In this document: in pieces, positions 1 through 10,911 of the stretch
Layout: each line of letters starts with the position of its first letter
How positions within the stretch are numbered: position 1 is the first letter of the stretch
DNA from: Neophaeotheca triangularis
Lineage: Eukaryota
DNA length: 33,385 nt
Reading direction: 5' to 3'
NCBI GenBank assembly: GCA_054600435.1
Contig: BAAIJX010000013.1
Span: 496,001-529,385 of the forward strand
Made by a program: the position numbers and the translations under genes
The notes under the pieces: model-generated
What the model was told of the DNA's origin: nothing
The model's input: only the letters and a program-made list of their open reading frames with translations
Databases searched by the model: none

Positions 1-160
1 TCAAGACTCGCATCATACTGCAGTCGACTGGCTTCACTCACCTACCGGTACTTGTTCGGGAAAGTGGTGAGCGACATCAGCGAAGCCTGAGCAGTGAGCT
101 GGTCCGGTCAACGACACTCGACTGCTGCATGCCTACCTAGACCCTACTTACCTACGCATC

Positions 161-3118
161 ATGGAGTCTCCCATCCTGTCCTCCTCTCTCCCCTATCCTC
201 CTGCTCCTTCCGATGACCGTGTCTCCTTTCATCCCTACCAAGACGATCCCCGAGACCTTGCCGTCACGCCAGCCCACCTCCCCATAGCGACAGACGACAT
301 GACACCCCATGCGCTACCCGCAACACAAGCCCCGGACCTAAACCCCCCCAAGGATGCAAAAGGTCCAGAAACCCGCTCCCATCACGATACCAACGAAGCC
401 GACCCCCCGGCTGCCCCACGACTCCGCTCAAGCCGCCTCTTTAAAGGCAAAGGCAAAGAGCCTGTGCTCGCGCAACCCGAGCGCAAGCAACCCCTCCGAC
501 TCCTCGACCTCCCCCTCGACATCCTCAAAGACATCGTCAAAGAAGTCACCCACACCAACGACCTCGCCTCGCTGGCCCTCTGCCACAGCGCCCTCCACCG
601 CCTCGCTATCCCCCACATCTACTCCCGCTTCGACATTGTCTGGCCCGACAGCAGCACCCACACGGAACCGCGCTCCGGCGTCGATGCCCTGACCTACGGT
701 CTCGCGACGCTCGTCATGGCTGAGGAAATCTTTGGTGAAGCGCCGAGTCAACGTAGACCCGGGCAGAAGAACCGGTTTGCAGTCCACGGGCAAGCCAAGG
801 CGAGCGAGCTGGGGATTCGGAGACGCAGAGGCAATCACTACGCGCAGTTTACGAAAAAGTTCTCTCTCGGCAATGGCCCTGCCGACTGGGTACAGGAGTA
901 CTTGATCACAAAGGAAGGCGGCAAGATGCTGGGGACACTGGTCGCGCTGGCGGTTGCGAGGATGCGCGCGCTCGAGACATTTGTGTGGGATATGCCGACG
1001 GGTATTCTGAGGGACGTCTGGCTGGCGCTGTCTTCGCTGAGTGACAGGGATGATGGCATTCCCTGCCGGCTGGAAAAGGTCGCCGTCAGATGGCACGATA
1101 ACTCCGCCGTGGACGGCGTGGCTCCCCCTGTGCCTACGAATGTGGGCTTGTCGGTGCTGTCTGCGCAGGCGATTGCTTCGCATCCTGCCGCGCTGGATCG
1201 GTTGGAGCATCCTTCTTTTTCCATCTTGCCGCCGTTGAAGAGTTTGAGTGTTCTCGATATCGATGAATTGGCGTATTTGGATGAGATGGCTGTGCTGATT
1301 GGGAGGTCGATTGATAAGTTGAAGGAGCTAAGGGTGGGCATTGCTAGGCATGCTGTGGATAGAGATTGGGTTTCCGTGTGGGAAGGCAGTGATGCGCAGC
1401 AAGTGGATCCGGAGTATCCTACTGCTGGCTCTCTGACTATAGGCGAGAAGAGGTTGGGTGGCGTGCTCGGGGTTCTGACCGGGTTCGTCAACGACATGAG
1501 GAGGCCTAAGATGACTATGCCAATACGGAGGAAAGAAGCGTCTCGCTCTAGCGCTCGACATTCCCTGGCTCCCGAGGCTAACATTTCGACCAACCCTCCG
1601 CAAAGAGCAGCCGAAGCATCCAGCTTAGTGTTCAATGACTCGCAAGAGCCCTTGATCGATCTGTCTCCCGAAACTGTCGCCCAGCTACCGGTCTCGACTC
1701 CACTAAACGGCATCACGGCTCTTGAAGGCTTCCTTGAACCACCTGTCGATCCACTTATCAGCAACGGCCAAGCGAGCCCTCTCCATGACCGAAGCAGCCC
1801 ACTCTTCTTCCCCGAACCCGCTAGCCCAGACGAAACAGCCGACTCAGACTCCGAGCCGCCCGAAGCCTTCTTAGACCACAAACTCAAACTCGATACCCTC
1901 GAACTCGAACGCACACCGCTCTGCGTGCCAGTCCTCCTAAATGCGCTAGACTGGACAACCCTCACCTCGCTCACCATTCTGCACTGCCCAAACCACGAAC
2001 AGCTGTGGAAAACACTGCGGCGCACCTTCGCGCCCACACCCAAATCCCCCCTCTACCCTTCCCCCCGCCGCAGCCACCCCTCACCCCGCAAACCCCAGCA
2101 ATCAAAACCGACCACTCACCCCACCCCCACCAACTATACCTACTCCCTCAACCTCCGAAAACTCCACACCAACGCCGTCACGCCCAGCCTCCTCCTCTTC
2201 CTCAAAGAAACCCTCGCACCCAACACCTTACAAACCCTCTTCCTGCAAGAAACCCGCCCCTACGCCACTAGCGTCACAGTAACCGCCATCCACCGCGGCC
2301 CACTCCGCCGCCACCGGCAATCTCTCACACGACTCCTTCTCGACAGCACCGCACCCAGCCCCGCCTCCCCTGCCGCGCTTCCGCCTCCCCCCTCAGTAAC
2401 TTCAAGCTCCCGCCGCTGGACCCTCACCCGCCCCCTTCTGGCTTCCCTCACCGTTCCCGGCCGCTTCCCCCAACTGCGCGAGCTAGGCTGCTGCCTCGAC
2501 TACCGCGACTGGCACTACTTCCTGCAATCCCTGCCCTCAATCCCCACTCTCCGGAGCCTCTACCTACCCGTCCTGGCCGATCATGTCCATGACGAGAGTC
2601 TGTGGGCGCGGGAGCTGGCATTGCAGGTTTTGGATGTTGTCGCTCTGCGGCCCGAGTGTGGGATTTGTTATCTGGGGGTAGGGGGGAAGTGTTTTGAGAT
2701 TTTGGAGGGTGGGGGGAGGAGGGGTGGGGATTTGGGGGGGCTGGGAGGGGTTGCGGATGGGGTTGGGGATGGTGATGGGGGTGTTGGAGATGGGGATGAT
2801 TATGACGATGATGATGGTGATGATGATGACGATGGCGACGATGATTTTGACGACGAACTTGACGATGAGGATGAGGTGGGGGCGGAGGATGAGGATGAGG
2901 ATGATGAGGACGACGACGACGACGACGACGACGAGGCTTTTCTGAGCGATGACGACGATGATGGTTCCGTGGAGAGTCTTGGCAGTCTCGAGGGCGGCGC
3001 TGCTGCTGCTGCCGGTGGTTCGCGGTCTAAGAGCTGTGGCAATCGTTTGAGGTTGAGGGAGATTCTGTTTTACGATGATAAGGTTGCTGTTTTCAAGGCA
3101 AGGCATGCGAGGTTGTAG
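161..3118 (+). CDS. F-box domain protein with LRR-like body and very acidic C-terminal tract (985 aa)
   Basis: Uninterrupted 985-codon ORF. F-box-like segment LRLLDLPLDILKDIVKEVTHTNDLASLALCHSALHRLAIPHIY; LRR-like segments (LKSLSVLDI, LTSLTILHC, LRSLYLP); Asp/Glu tract near the C-terminus. Confidence 0.85.
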   Translation: MESPILSSSLPYPPAPSDDRVSFHPYQDDPRDLAVTPAHLPIATDDMTPHALPATQAPDLNPPKDAKGPETRSHHDTNEADPPAAPRLRSSRLFKGKGKEPVLAQPERKQPLRLLDLPLDILKDIVKEVTHTNDLASLALCHSALHRLAIPHIYSRFDIVWPDSSTHTEPRSGVDALTYGLATLVMAEEIFGEAPSQRRPGQKNRFAVHGQAKASELGIRRRRGNHYAQFTKKFSLGNGPADWVQEYLITKEGGKMLGTLVALAVARMRALETFVWDMPTGILRDVWLALSSLSDRDDGIPCRLEKVAVRWHDNSAVDGVAPPVPTNVGLSVLSAQAIASHPAALDRLEHPSFSILPPLKSLSVLDIDELAYLDEMAVLIGRSIDKLKELRVGIARHAVDRDWVSVWEGSDAQQVDPEYPTAGSLTIGEKRLGGVLGVLTGFVNDMRRPKMTMPIRRKEASRSSARHSLAPEANISTNPPQRAAEASSLVFNDSQEPLIDLSPETVAQLPVSTPLNGITALEGFLEPPVDPLISNGQASPLHDRSSPLFFPEPASPDETADSDSEPPEAFLDHKLKLDTLELERTPLCVPVLLNALDWTTLTSLTILHCPNHEQLWKTLRRTFAPTPKSPLYPSPRRSHPSPRKPQQSKPTTHPTPTNYTYSLNLRKLHTNAVTPSLLLFLKETLAPNTLQTLFLQETRPYATSVTVTAIHRGPLRRHRQSLTRLLLDSTAPSPASPAALPPPPSVTSSSRRWTLTRPLLASLTVPGRFPQLRELGCCLDYRDWHYFLQSLPSIPTLRSLYLPVLADHVHDESLWARELALQVLDVVALRPECGICYLGVGGKCFEILEGGGRRGGDLGGLGGVADGVGDGDGGVGDGDDYDDDDGDDDDDGDDDFDDELDDEDEVGAEDEDEDDEDDDDDDDDEAFLSDDDDDGSVESLGSLEGGAAAAAGGSRSKSCGNRLRLREILFYDDKVAVFKARHARL
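2797..2962 (+). repeat. Coding (GAY/GAG)n trinucleotide tract encoding poly-Asp/Glu
   Basis: Runs such as gacgacgacgacgacgacgacgac and gatgatgatgac inside the F-box gene. Confidence 0.9.
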
Positions 3119-3678
3119 ATAGCTAGCTGCGAGATTTGGACGGCGGGGGGAAACGGACGATGGTCTTTCTCCATCGGGGACTCCGATGGGAGGTTTTATT
3201 ATTGCCATTTCTCTTTGTTGTTTCCCCGGGCCACTTAGGGACGGAAGACACGTTTCAACGCGGACGTGGAGGACCTGTTTTGAGCGATGGCGCTTCTCTA
3301 GGAGTTTTTTTCTTTTTTTTCTTTCGCGTGTTTGACATTGGCTTTGGCGGTCCGGAGGGGGACGGGCTTCCTGGATGGCGGCATCGATGTGCTTTTACAT
3401 TTACCCGTTTCTCTACCTACCTACTTGCTTACCCATCTATCTGACCCGTCTACTCAGCTATCCAGCTCACTAGCCAGCTCAAGCTGACCGAAAGCAGTTC
3501 TGCCGAACTCCTAACAGCCGTCCCCAATGGGATCTCGGGAGGGAGCGAAGCAGTGGCAAAAGGGGCTGGAAGAGCCCTGATTGAAAAATTTGTGCGCGGC
3601 GCGAGGGGAGCTTCTTCTGTAGGTGCCCGATTGCCACCCTGGTCCTCGCCGCTCCGCTCCGTTTGCACGCTACCGCAG

Positions 3679-4707
3679 CACGTGTTTGGTGTCGGCATGG
3701 CTTGGGAATTCGGCAAGTTTTGTTTGCTTGCAAGCTGCACGAGCTTGGTCTCTGCGCACGTGGTCGGGATGTGGAGAGGTTTCTAAGATTTCCACGGGAG
3801 CTGGTAGCTGAAGAAAGAGGGGGGGGGGGGGGGGAGGGGCGGAATGGTGTGGATTCTTTGATAGCACTGGATCGTGGATTGAACAAACAATCTTGTTGAC
3901 ATCAATGTTTTGATTGGATGTCGAGTCGGAGAAGCATGATGCCTCGCACTAACGGCGGCAAAGGCATGCTGGATAGAAGTCTTTGGTCTTACGTCTGTTC
4001 GCAAAAGTAGCCCTAAAGCGTTGACGATATTCTTGGAGTCTGTAATATTAATCTAGCAGTTCAACGACAAAATCGCGAGTAGTGGCAAGATCGAGGAATC
4101 GATTGGCATCGCTGAGGGGGAAGAGATGGAGCACGTGGGTGTTAGGAGGCCGTATAGGGTTGGCAATTCAGCGAGCTAGCTAAACTCAATAGGGGGCCTT
4201 TCGGCGGGGCTTCCGACTCTTATACCCAAGACGCCGATACGACTGCGTCGAAGCCAGCATCGAATTCAACATGGGAGATTGGACGTCTGTAGAAAGCTAC
4301 CAAGACGTTTCTAGGGAGGATGCACAAGCTCCAGTATGGCGAGCCTTGGACACGCTTAGCGGCCGACAAGCCCGTGCCGCGCTCTCTTGGCGCTAGCTTA
4401 CTAGTCGACGATCAACACCTCTACAGCGTCGCAGAGCACCCACGTGCTTCGCCTTGAGCGCTCTGTTGGCAGGAAACGTGTTGCCAACAACATCAACCCT
4501 TACATTCGTTCCATACAACGCCTCGTGCAAGCTATAGCACCTCGTCTACCACAAGCCAATCGTACGGTAGCGATGGCATTCGGACCCTGTAGGGCAGCGC
4601 TCAACGATGGTAGGTGGGAGAGTTGAACCTCGTCGAGGCCATGCTTAAAGAGACCAAGCAACGCCCTTGTAAGTGCCCAGCACGCCACGCTTCTCTCTTC
4701 CCACGTT
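3679..4707 (+). promoter_or_regulatory. Cluster of CACGTG/CACGTT E-boxes (candidate Pho4/NUC-1/PalcA sites) upstream of the phosphate transporter
   Basis: CACGTG at 3679-3684, 3757-3762 (GCACGTGG), 4132-4137 (GCACGTGGG) and 4441-4446 (CCACGTGC). CACGTT at 4702-4707 and on the minus strand at 4475-4480. These are the known high- and low-affinity PHO-regulon motifs. Confidence 0.65.
3819..3839 (+). repeat. G homopolymer (G16-A-G4)
   Basis: Directly visible run in the intergenic region. Confidence 0.9.
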
Positions 4708-4843
4708 CCAAGAAACTCTCGTCGCTCCTTGTCGCTCTCAAAGAGTTTCCTTGTCTTTGGTAACGATCCGCGCCATACCTCACAGGCTACAGCAGCCACA
4801 CGACCGCCTTGGACCCGGCTGAGAGCGATACAGACGACCTGCC

Positions 4844-6740
4844 ATGGCGACTCTCCACCGCTGGGACTGGATCTTCGCCGTCGGCATCATCTTCTTCTGC
4901 CTAAGTCTAATCGGCATCGGTGCCAACGATGTCGCCAACAGCTACGCGACGTCTGTCAGTTCCAAATCCCTGACGCTCGTCCAAGCGGGCTGTCTCGCGA
5001 CTATCACGGAGTTTGTGGGCGCGATCGCTCTGGGACAGGGTGTGACCAGTACGATCCGGCATGGGATTTTCGATGTCGAGCCTTTTGAGGGACATCCGGG
5101 AATTCTGCTCATGGCTATGGTGATTGCTGAAGTTGGTGAGTTTTGAGGTCGATTGTCGACTTTTTTTTTTGTTGTAACAGAGTCGTTGCTGACTTGGGAT
5201 CGACAGGTTCCGCAACGTGGCTGCTTGTCTGCACCCGTCTTGGGTTCCCGGTCTCGACGACTCAATCCATCGTCGGCGCCCTGGCTGGCGTAGCCATTGC
5301 CGCCCAGATCGATGTCACTTGGGGCTGGGAGGACGGGTCCATCTCCCAGATCGCTGCGTCTTGGGGTATCGCTCCTTGTATCGCTGCTGGTTTTGGTGCT
5401 ATCATTATGATGAGCATTAAAGTGCTAGTTCATCAGAGACGCGACCCCCTCAAAGCTGCCATGCGTGTTATCACTTTTTACTACGGTCTCACCGCCGGTA
5501 TCCTGGCGCTCTTCATTGTCATTTCGGGAGGCCACGGTATCCCGGCTCTCGAAGACATGAAAGGCGAGGCTGCTGGTATCATCCTCGGTGTCTTCTTTGG
5601 CGTCTGGGCACTTTCGGCCATCTTCTTCTTGCCTTACTACTACCGCAAGTTAGTCGCACCCGCCTGAGCCTTTTCTCCAGTCCATCGGTACTAATCTACT
5701 CAAACAGGCTCATCATGCAAGACACCCGCCTTCGTATCTGGCACATCCCCATGGGCCCTCTCCTCTGGAAAGACAACTACAAACTCTACTATCCAGGCGA
5801 TCCCAACAGTGAAATCGTTCCCAACTACTACAGCAGCGAATACACGGGCGCAGAAGCCCACCTCAACGGAAAACCTACCGACGACAACTACAGAGACGAA
5901 AAGCCCTACACCGACAATGACAACACCGCCACCGACGAAATCACCCCCTCGCAAAAGGAGCGACAAACCTCCTCCAACCTCGACGCCGACGGTCTCAAAG
6001 CCCTCGACGAAAAAACCGACCGCGCCCGTCAACACGACCTCCGCGCCGTCGACTCCCTCCCCTGGGCCCATCCCCGCCGCGTCTGGGCAGCCATCCGGCT
6101 CGTCCTAACCTACGGCATCACGCGCGACGTCATCGGACACCAAAACGCCGGCCTCGAAGACGTCCACAACCGCGCACCCGTCTTCGACAACAAAGTCGAG
6201 CACCTCTGGACGACGGCCCAAGTCTGCTCCGCCATCATCATGTCCATCGCCCACGGCGGCAACGACGTCTCCAACGCCATCGGGCCCTTCACGACCGAAT
6301 ACGAAACCTGGGCCTCGGGCATCGCATCCGCCGAGACCGACACCCCCATCTGGATCAAAGCCGTCGGCGGCATAGGCATCGGCATAGGCTTCTGGACTTT
6401 TGGCTACCACATCATGCGCAACCTCGGCAACCGCATCACCAAGCACTCGCCCACGCGCGGCTATAGCATGGAGCTCGCGGCGGCCATTACCGTGCTTTTG
6501 GCTAGCAGGCTGGGGTTGCCGGTTAGCACGACGCAGTGTATTACCGGTGCCATCATTGGCGTGGCATTGACAAATGGCGATTTGAAGAGTCTGAACTGGA
6601 AGCAGATTGGTAAGATTTTTGTGGGTTGGGTGCTCACGGTGCCTTGCGCCGGGCTTATTAGTGGTTTGCTCATGGGCATGGCGTTGAATGTGCCGAATTG
6701 GGGACCGGCGGGTGCGGGTTTGGCGCCGGGGGCGTCGTAG
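4844..6740 (+). CDS. PHO89: PiT/PHO4-family sodium-phosphate symporter; exons 4844-5135, 5207-5648, 5708-6740 (~588 aa)
   Basis: PiT signatures GIGANDVANSYATSV and AHGGNDVSNAIGP, two PVSTTQ motifs, many hydrophobic helices. Intron 5136-5206 (GTGAGT..GCTGAC..CAG) and intron 5649-5707 (GTTAGT..CTAAT..CAG) join the three ORF fragments in frame (AEVG/SATW, YYRK/LIMQD). Confidence 0.93.
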
Positions 6741-7740
6741 ATTTGGGGGAGCTGAGGTGTGGTTTAGTAGATGTTAGCTATCCATCTATCCATCGATGCA
6801 TCGACCGCAGGCTTTAATACTCCGCTTTGCCTTTGCCTTTCTGGCTCTCATGTTTTACCCGCCGCGACCCACTCTAGCAACCTCCTCTTTCAACTAGTAG
6901 TAAACGGACAGCAGACCAGCTCAACATTACTGTCGATACTCACAGCACAGAAGAATATAACTCCGTACGTATGTGACCCTGACAGAAGGGCGGGAAAGTG
7001 AAAAAAAAAAAAGGCAAGCAGCTACCAGAACTTCTCCACTAGCCCACACTACCTCGCCTCCTCGAAAAGCCCCAAAGCAAGCACCAGCTTCCCTTCCCCA
7101 GCCCAGCTCACAGCGTCACGGCCTACCACCACAGCCGGCTCTTCCGCCAACGTCACCCTCGCCGTCGAGCATCAACAAAGCGGCACCGGCACCAGATGCT
7201 CAAGCCAAGAGCACGATGCTTCACCTCAGCATTCCATCCCCCAGACCGAGTGCGCACCCTGCAAACTGCGAGAAAGCGGAGCTCCAGATCGGCAGAAACC
7301 GCCGGTATTCCCGATCGAGGCCAGTGAGCCTCCGAGTGAGGCGGCGAGGAGGGGCGCGTGGTTTTCTAGCCGGGTGGACTTTTTCCCCCTCCGTCGGAAC
7401 GTTCACGTTGATGGTCATTCCCTACCTACCTGTTTACTTTATTCCGTACGCCCTTCTAGCGTACTTGGCCGGATCGTGGAATTGGCTGGGTGGGCATGTC
7501 TACCCACTTGCGCTACAAGGTAACGCTCACGGATTAGGATAGGTAGGCTAACTACAATGGTCCCAAAGGCGTGAAGCATGCCTCTACCGCTAAGAGTATG
7601 TCCACCGATTCTCAACATCCGCTCCCTACCGGAACGCAGCGCTGAGAAAAAAAGCGCCAAAACACCCCGACTCCTCTCAGGGGATATCAATGCCAACATC
7701 AACACGTCAGACATCCTTAGACGATAGTACTTCTAATCCC

Positions 7741-10027
7741 TCACCCAACAAATGCAAACCGACCCAAATTAATCTTCGACCTTAGCTCTTCATCCTGCTC
7801 CTCTTCCTCCTCCCTTTCACTACAGGGGCTAGCGCGTACGATAAAATCTTCACTCCCCTTAGCTTCACCAGGTGAGAGACGACTGCGGAGCGGGCGCAGC
7901 TGTTCTTCTTCTTCCCGCCCGCGGCCGGGCGAGACTTCTTCAGCAGCGGCGGTCGGTGGCGAGGAAGCGGGAACGCGCTCCGCCTCCTCCTCGTCGGCGT
8001 TGGGTAGCCCACTTCCGCTGGTGCGTCTAGGTTCCACGATCGATGACCTCCCCGGTTCACTGCTCGTGGAGACCGCGCGCAGTGACTCATGGACGAGGCC
8101 TCTGCGTCGTTGTGGGCGGTGCCCTTGGGGTGAAGGTTTGGTGTCGCCGAAAGAGTAGCGGGCTTTGAGGCCGGAGAGGGCGTTGGAGATGCCTTTGTCG
8201 AAGACGGTTGGTTGGTCTTGGGAAAGCGGTTGCGAATTAGAGAAGGAGGTTGACGGGGTGTCGGTTTCGAGGCTGGTGGAGTGAATGCTTTGCGAAAGGT
8301 CGAAGGTGGAGAGTTGGCTTTGGCTGTTGTTATTGTCGTCGCTCGTACTGTAGGAGTCTGCGAGAACGCTCATCTTTTTCCGCTTCTTTGGGCTAGAGGT
8401 TGATGCTTGGCTGGCTTCTAGCTCTGCTGTCTCGGTCATTGCGGCTGCGGCTTCGGCGATGGAGTCGTCGGAGAAGATCTCGAATTCGTCTCGTGTACGT
8501 TGCGTGGAAGCTTTGCGTACAGACGGACTAGCCTGCGCGGGCTGCTTGCTGAAGAATCTGCTTGTCGCTGTAGTGGATGCAACGGAGAAGTCTTTGGTTG
8601 AGTCGGGGGGGAAGTTGTTCGAGCACAGTCTCTGTCGCTTAGGCGGTGCTAGGCCGAAATTTGGCGTCGCGCTGACAGTTCTCCGGACGGGCTGGGGTGC
8701 GGAGGCGGGTGTGTGCCCTGTTGAGAGTCGTGAGGTGATGGGGCGTGTTCCGGCGGAGATTTGAGAGGCTGACCAAGTAGCGCCTCGTTGATTTTGTAGT
8801 AATCGCTCCTGGCTAGGCGAGGGGGTAAAACTGTTGGGATCGAGCTCGGCGAGGGGGGTGCGTTTTTTGAAGAAGTCTGTAATTGGAACCCCTTGCTTGA
8901 GGTCGGGAGTGGAGAATGTCCGTGACACTGAGGCTGGATGTTGAGGTTTATTGAATATGATTGGGCGTTTGGTGTTTGGGTCGAGGTCGCCTTTCGCTAC
9001 ACCTATGGCGATCTCCGCGTCCACCGGAGAGCCGACGTAAGGCATGCTATTGACATCAATGTCCGCAGGTACCGGATTGAGGTTAACGAGACCCTGAGCT
9101 TCGGGACAAAAAACCCATTGGTATAGAAACGTCTTCTCAGCTTTGTCAAAGGCCTCCAGGTAGCCTGCAGCGACCTTCATCTTCCCGTCAAATTGCACAG
9201 TACGCACGATCCTTTCCACGGACTTGTGTTTGCGTACCAGGCGATATGCTGTCTTTAAGCCCATCTTGTCGATGCCAGGAAGATAGTCACAGCCGCTGAG
9301 CATCGCCATGATGCGGAACTCCTTGTCTGACCAGCCAACCAAACTGACCTCACGACACGCCGTAAAATCCGACCGGTTGATCATGACGCACTCGCCGTAC
9401 TGATCCAGCTTTGTCAACAGACATTTTGCTCCAAAGACCAGGAGATCAGAGTCCTCGCTGATGATGCCATTGATGATTCCCTGCTGCTCCAGGTAGGCCA
9501 TTTGAGAATCGGCCTCGTAAGGTGCCACGACGTACGGCACGTCTGCCCGCTTTAGCTCCTCGATGAGCTCCCTCGCCATAGCCGCAGTAACATCAACAGC
9601 CTTCTGTAGCTCCAGCTGAGCCAGCGGTACCTTGCCCATGCGCAGCAACTCCAATCCCAGTCTCTTGCTTTCCTTTCGCCGCTCTTCCCGTTCTTTCTCC
9701 GTGTGCGCTTTCGAAGGCAGGTAGGCTCCGTCGAAAACAATGTACGGTTTGACGCCGAAGTGAATGAGCATACGGACTCTGTTCATGGCAAAGTCGACAT
9801 ATTTGCGGGTGGGTTTACCCTGAGCCAACTCGATGGCACAAGCGACGGTGCCTCGGTGTAGCCAGCCATATGCGTCAACTCCAAGGGTTTGTCCGGCGAA
9901 GTTCCTGAGGTGCGTTGGCTTTTGTATGCTCTTGAGGAGCGGTAGGAGGCCTGTCGCATGTTAGAGACGACGATGATTTCTATGGGATGAATTAGATCAG
10001 GAATAGCGTCCTACCTTGAATACCCAT
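7741..10027 (-). CDS. EXO1: Exonuclease 1 (XPG/Rad2 family); exons 10027-10015 and 9950-7741 (~740 aa)
   Basis: Spliced N-terminus MGIQGLLPLLKSIQKPTHLRNFAGQTLGVDAYGWLHRG; motifs VFDG, APYEADSQMAYL, ISEDSDLLVFG, SGCDYL, MGLKTA. Intron 10014-9951 reads GTAGGA..CTAAC..CAG on the minus strand. Confidence 0.95.
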
Positions 10028-10371
10028 GTTACCTGGGGAGAGGCGTAGACCCTCTAAGTATGTACTATCTTTTCATTGCTGGGAAGAAGAGAAGACGAGT
10101 CGATTGGGACGTGGTGCCCTTGGACGACATACGTTCACGACTACGACGACTACGAAAGAACAAGAAGACGCGCTTTGGACGCGACTGCATTGCGCTTGCG
10201 ATAGGGATACCGCCGGGAAACCCGGGGTCCGCGGACACGGGCCGACTTCGCCGGCGCATTCGGCATCCCGACCTTCTTTCTTTTCTCCATCTGCCAAGGC
10301 CGACTTCACCTCAATCTGAACCTTCGATTCCACCTTTTCCGGAGACGCACAAAAAGCAGACTCCCATCAAA
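10028..10371. promoter_or_regulatory. Compact bidirectional promoter EXO1/TMA16 with MCB-like ACGCG elements
   Basis: 344 bp between divergent ATGs; GACGCGC at 10167-10173 and GACGCGA at 10178-10184. Confidence 0.5.
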
Positions 10372-10911
10372 ATGCCTTCGAAGCTCTCCAAAGTCTCCAA
10401 AAGCATCAGCAAAAAGAAAGGCAGCAAAATGAACGCCCTGCACGAAAACAGCCGCGATGCCCAACGTCTGCGCAAAGCCGGCAGCAGAGACGACACGGTC
10501 GCGCAAAAGCACTCCGTCCGCGAAAAGGCCAACCTTCCCTGGCTCGACCGCGTCATTTTTATCCAAGACAATCTTCCAGGCACGCTGCACCCACTCACCG
10601 TGCCGGAAATGCAGGACATGGTCGAGCGCTTCATCCACCGCGCCGACGAGGATCTGGAGCAGTTGAAGGCCGATCGCAGGAAGGGCAGGCCGCCGAGCAC
10701 GTGGCAGACGCTTATTGAGCAGCATTTGCATCTCGAGGGCAAGGAGTATGAGAGTGGGTTCTGGATGCCGGATTTGAGGGATGAGGAGACGCTGCAGAGG
10801 ATTGATGGGTGGAAGAGGGAGTGGGCGGGGTTGGGTAGCATGCGGTTCGTGAGGATTGATAAGAATGGCGCTGTGAATGACAGCCAGTTCCCTCCTAAGG
10901 GGTCTTCGTGA
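10372..10911 (+). CDS. TMA16: Translation machinery-associated protein 16 (pre-60S factor), 179 aa
   Basis: ATG in good context (tcaaaATG). Basic N-terminus, LHENSRDAQRLRKA, RRKGRPPS and EYESGFWMPDL match my recollection of the Tma16 family. Confidence 0.85.
   Translation: MPSKLSKVSKSISKKKGSKMNALHENSRDAQRLRKAGSRDDTVAQKHSVREKANLPWLDRVIFIQDNLPGTLHPLTVPEMQDMVERFIHRADEDLEQLKADRRKGRPPSTWQTLIEQHLHLEGKEYESGFWMPDLRDEETLQRIDGWKREWAGLGSMRFVRIDKNGAVNDSQFPPKGSS

Noticed and set aside
428..2043. Long antisense ORFs over the F-box gene, and similar shadow ORFs over NUP159, SGS1, TMA16 and the 13.5-14.4 kb gene
   Set aside because: Expected by-products of GC-rich codon usage opposite real genes; no domain signatures.
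6973..7542. 189-aa plus-strand ORF, and RNase MRP-like words on the minus strand (GAAAAAGTCC, TGGGGCT)
   Set aside because: The ORF has a non-ATG start, crosses a poly-A run and is low complexity; the words do not form the expected P4 pairing.
10060..10371. 104-codon N-terminal extension of the TMA16 ORF in the ORF track
   Set aside because: It would fill the EXO1/TMA16 promoter almost to the EXO1 ATG; family similarity starts at MPSKLSK, whose ATG has better context.
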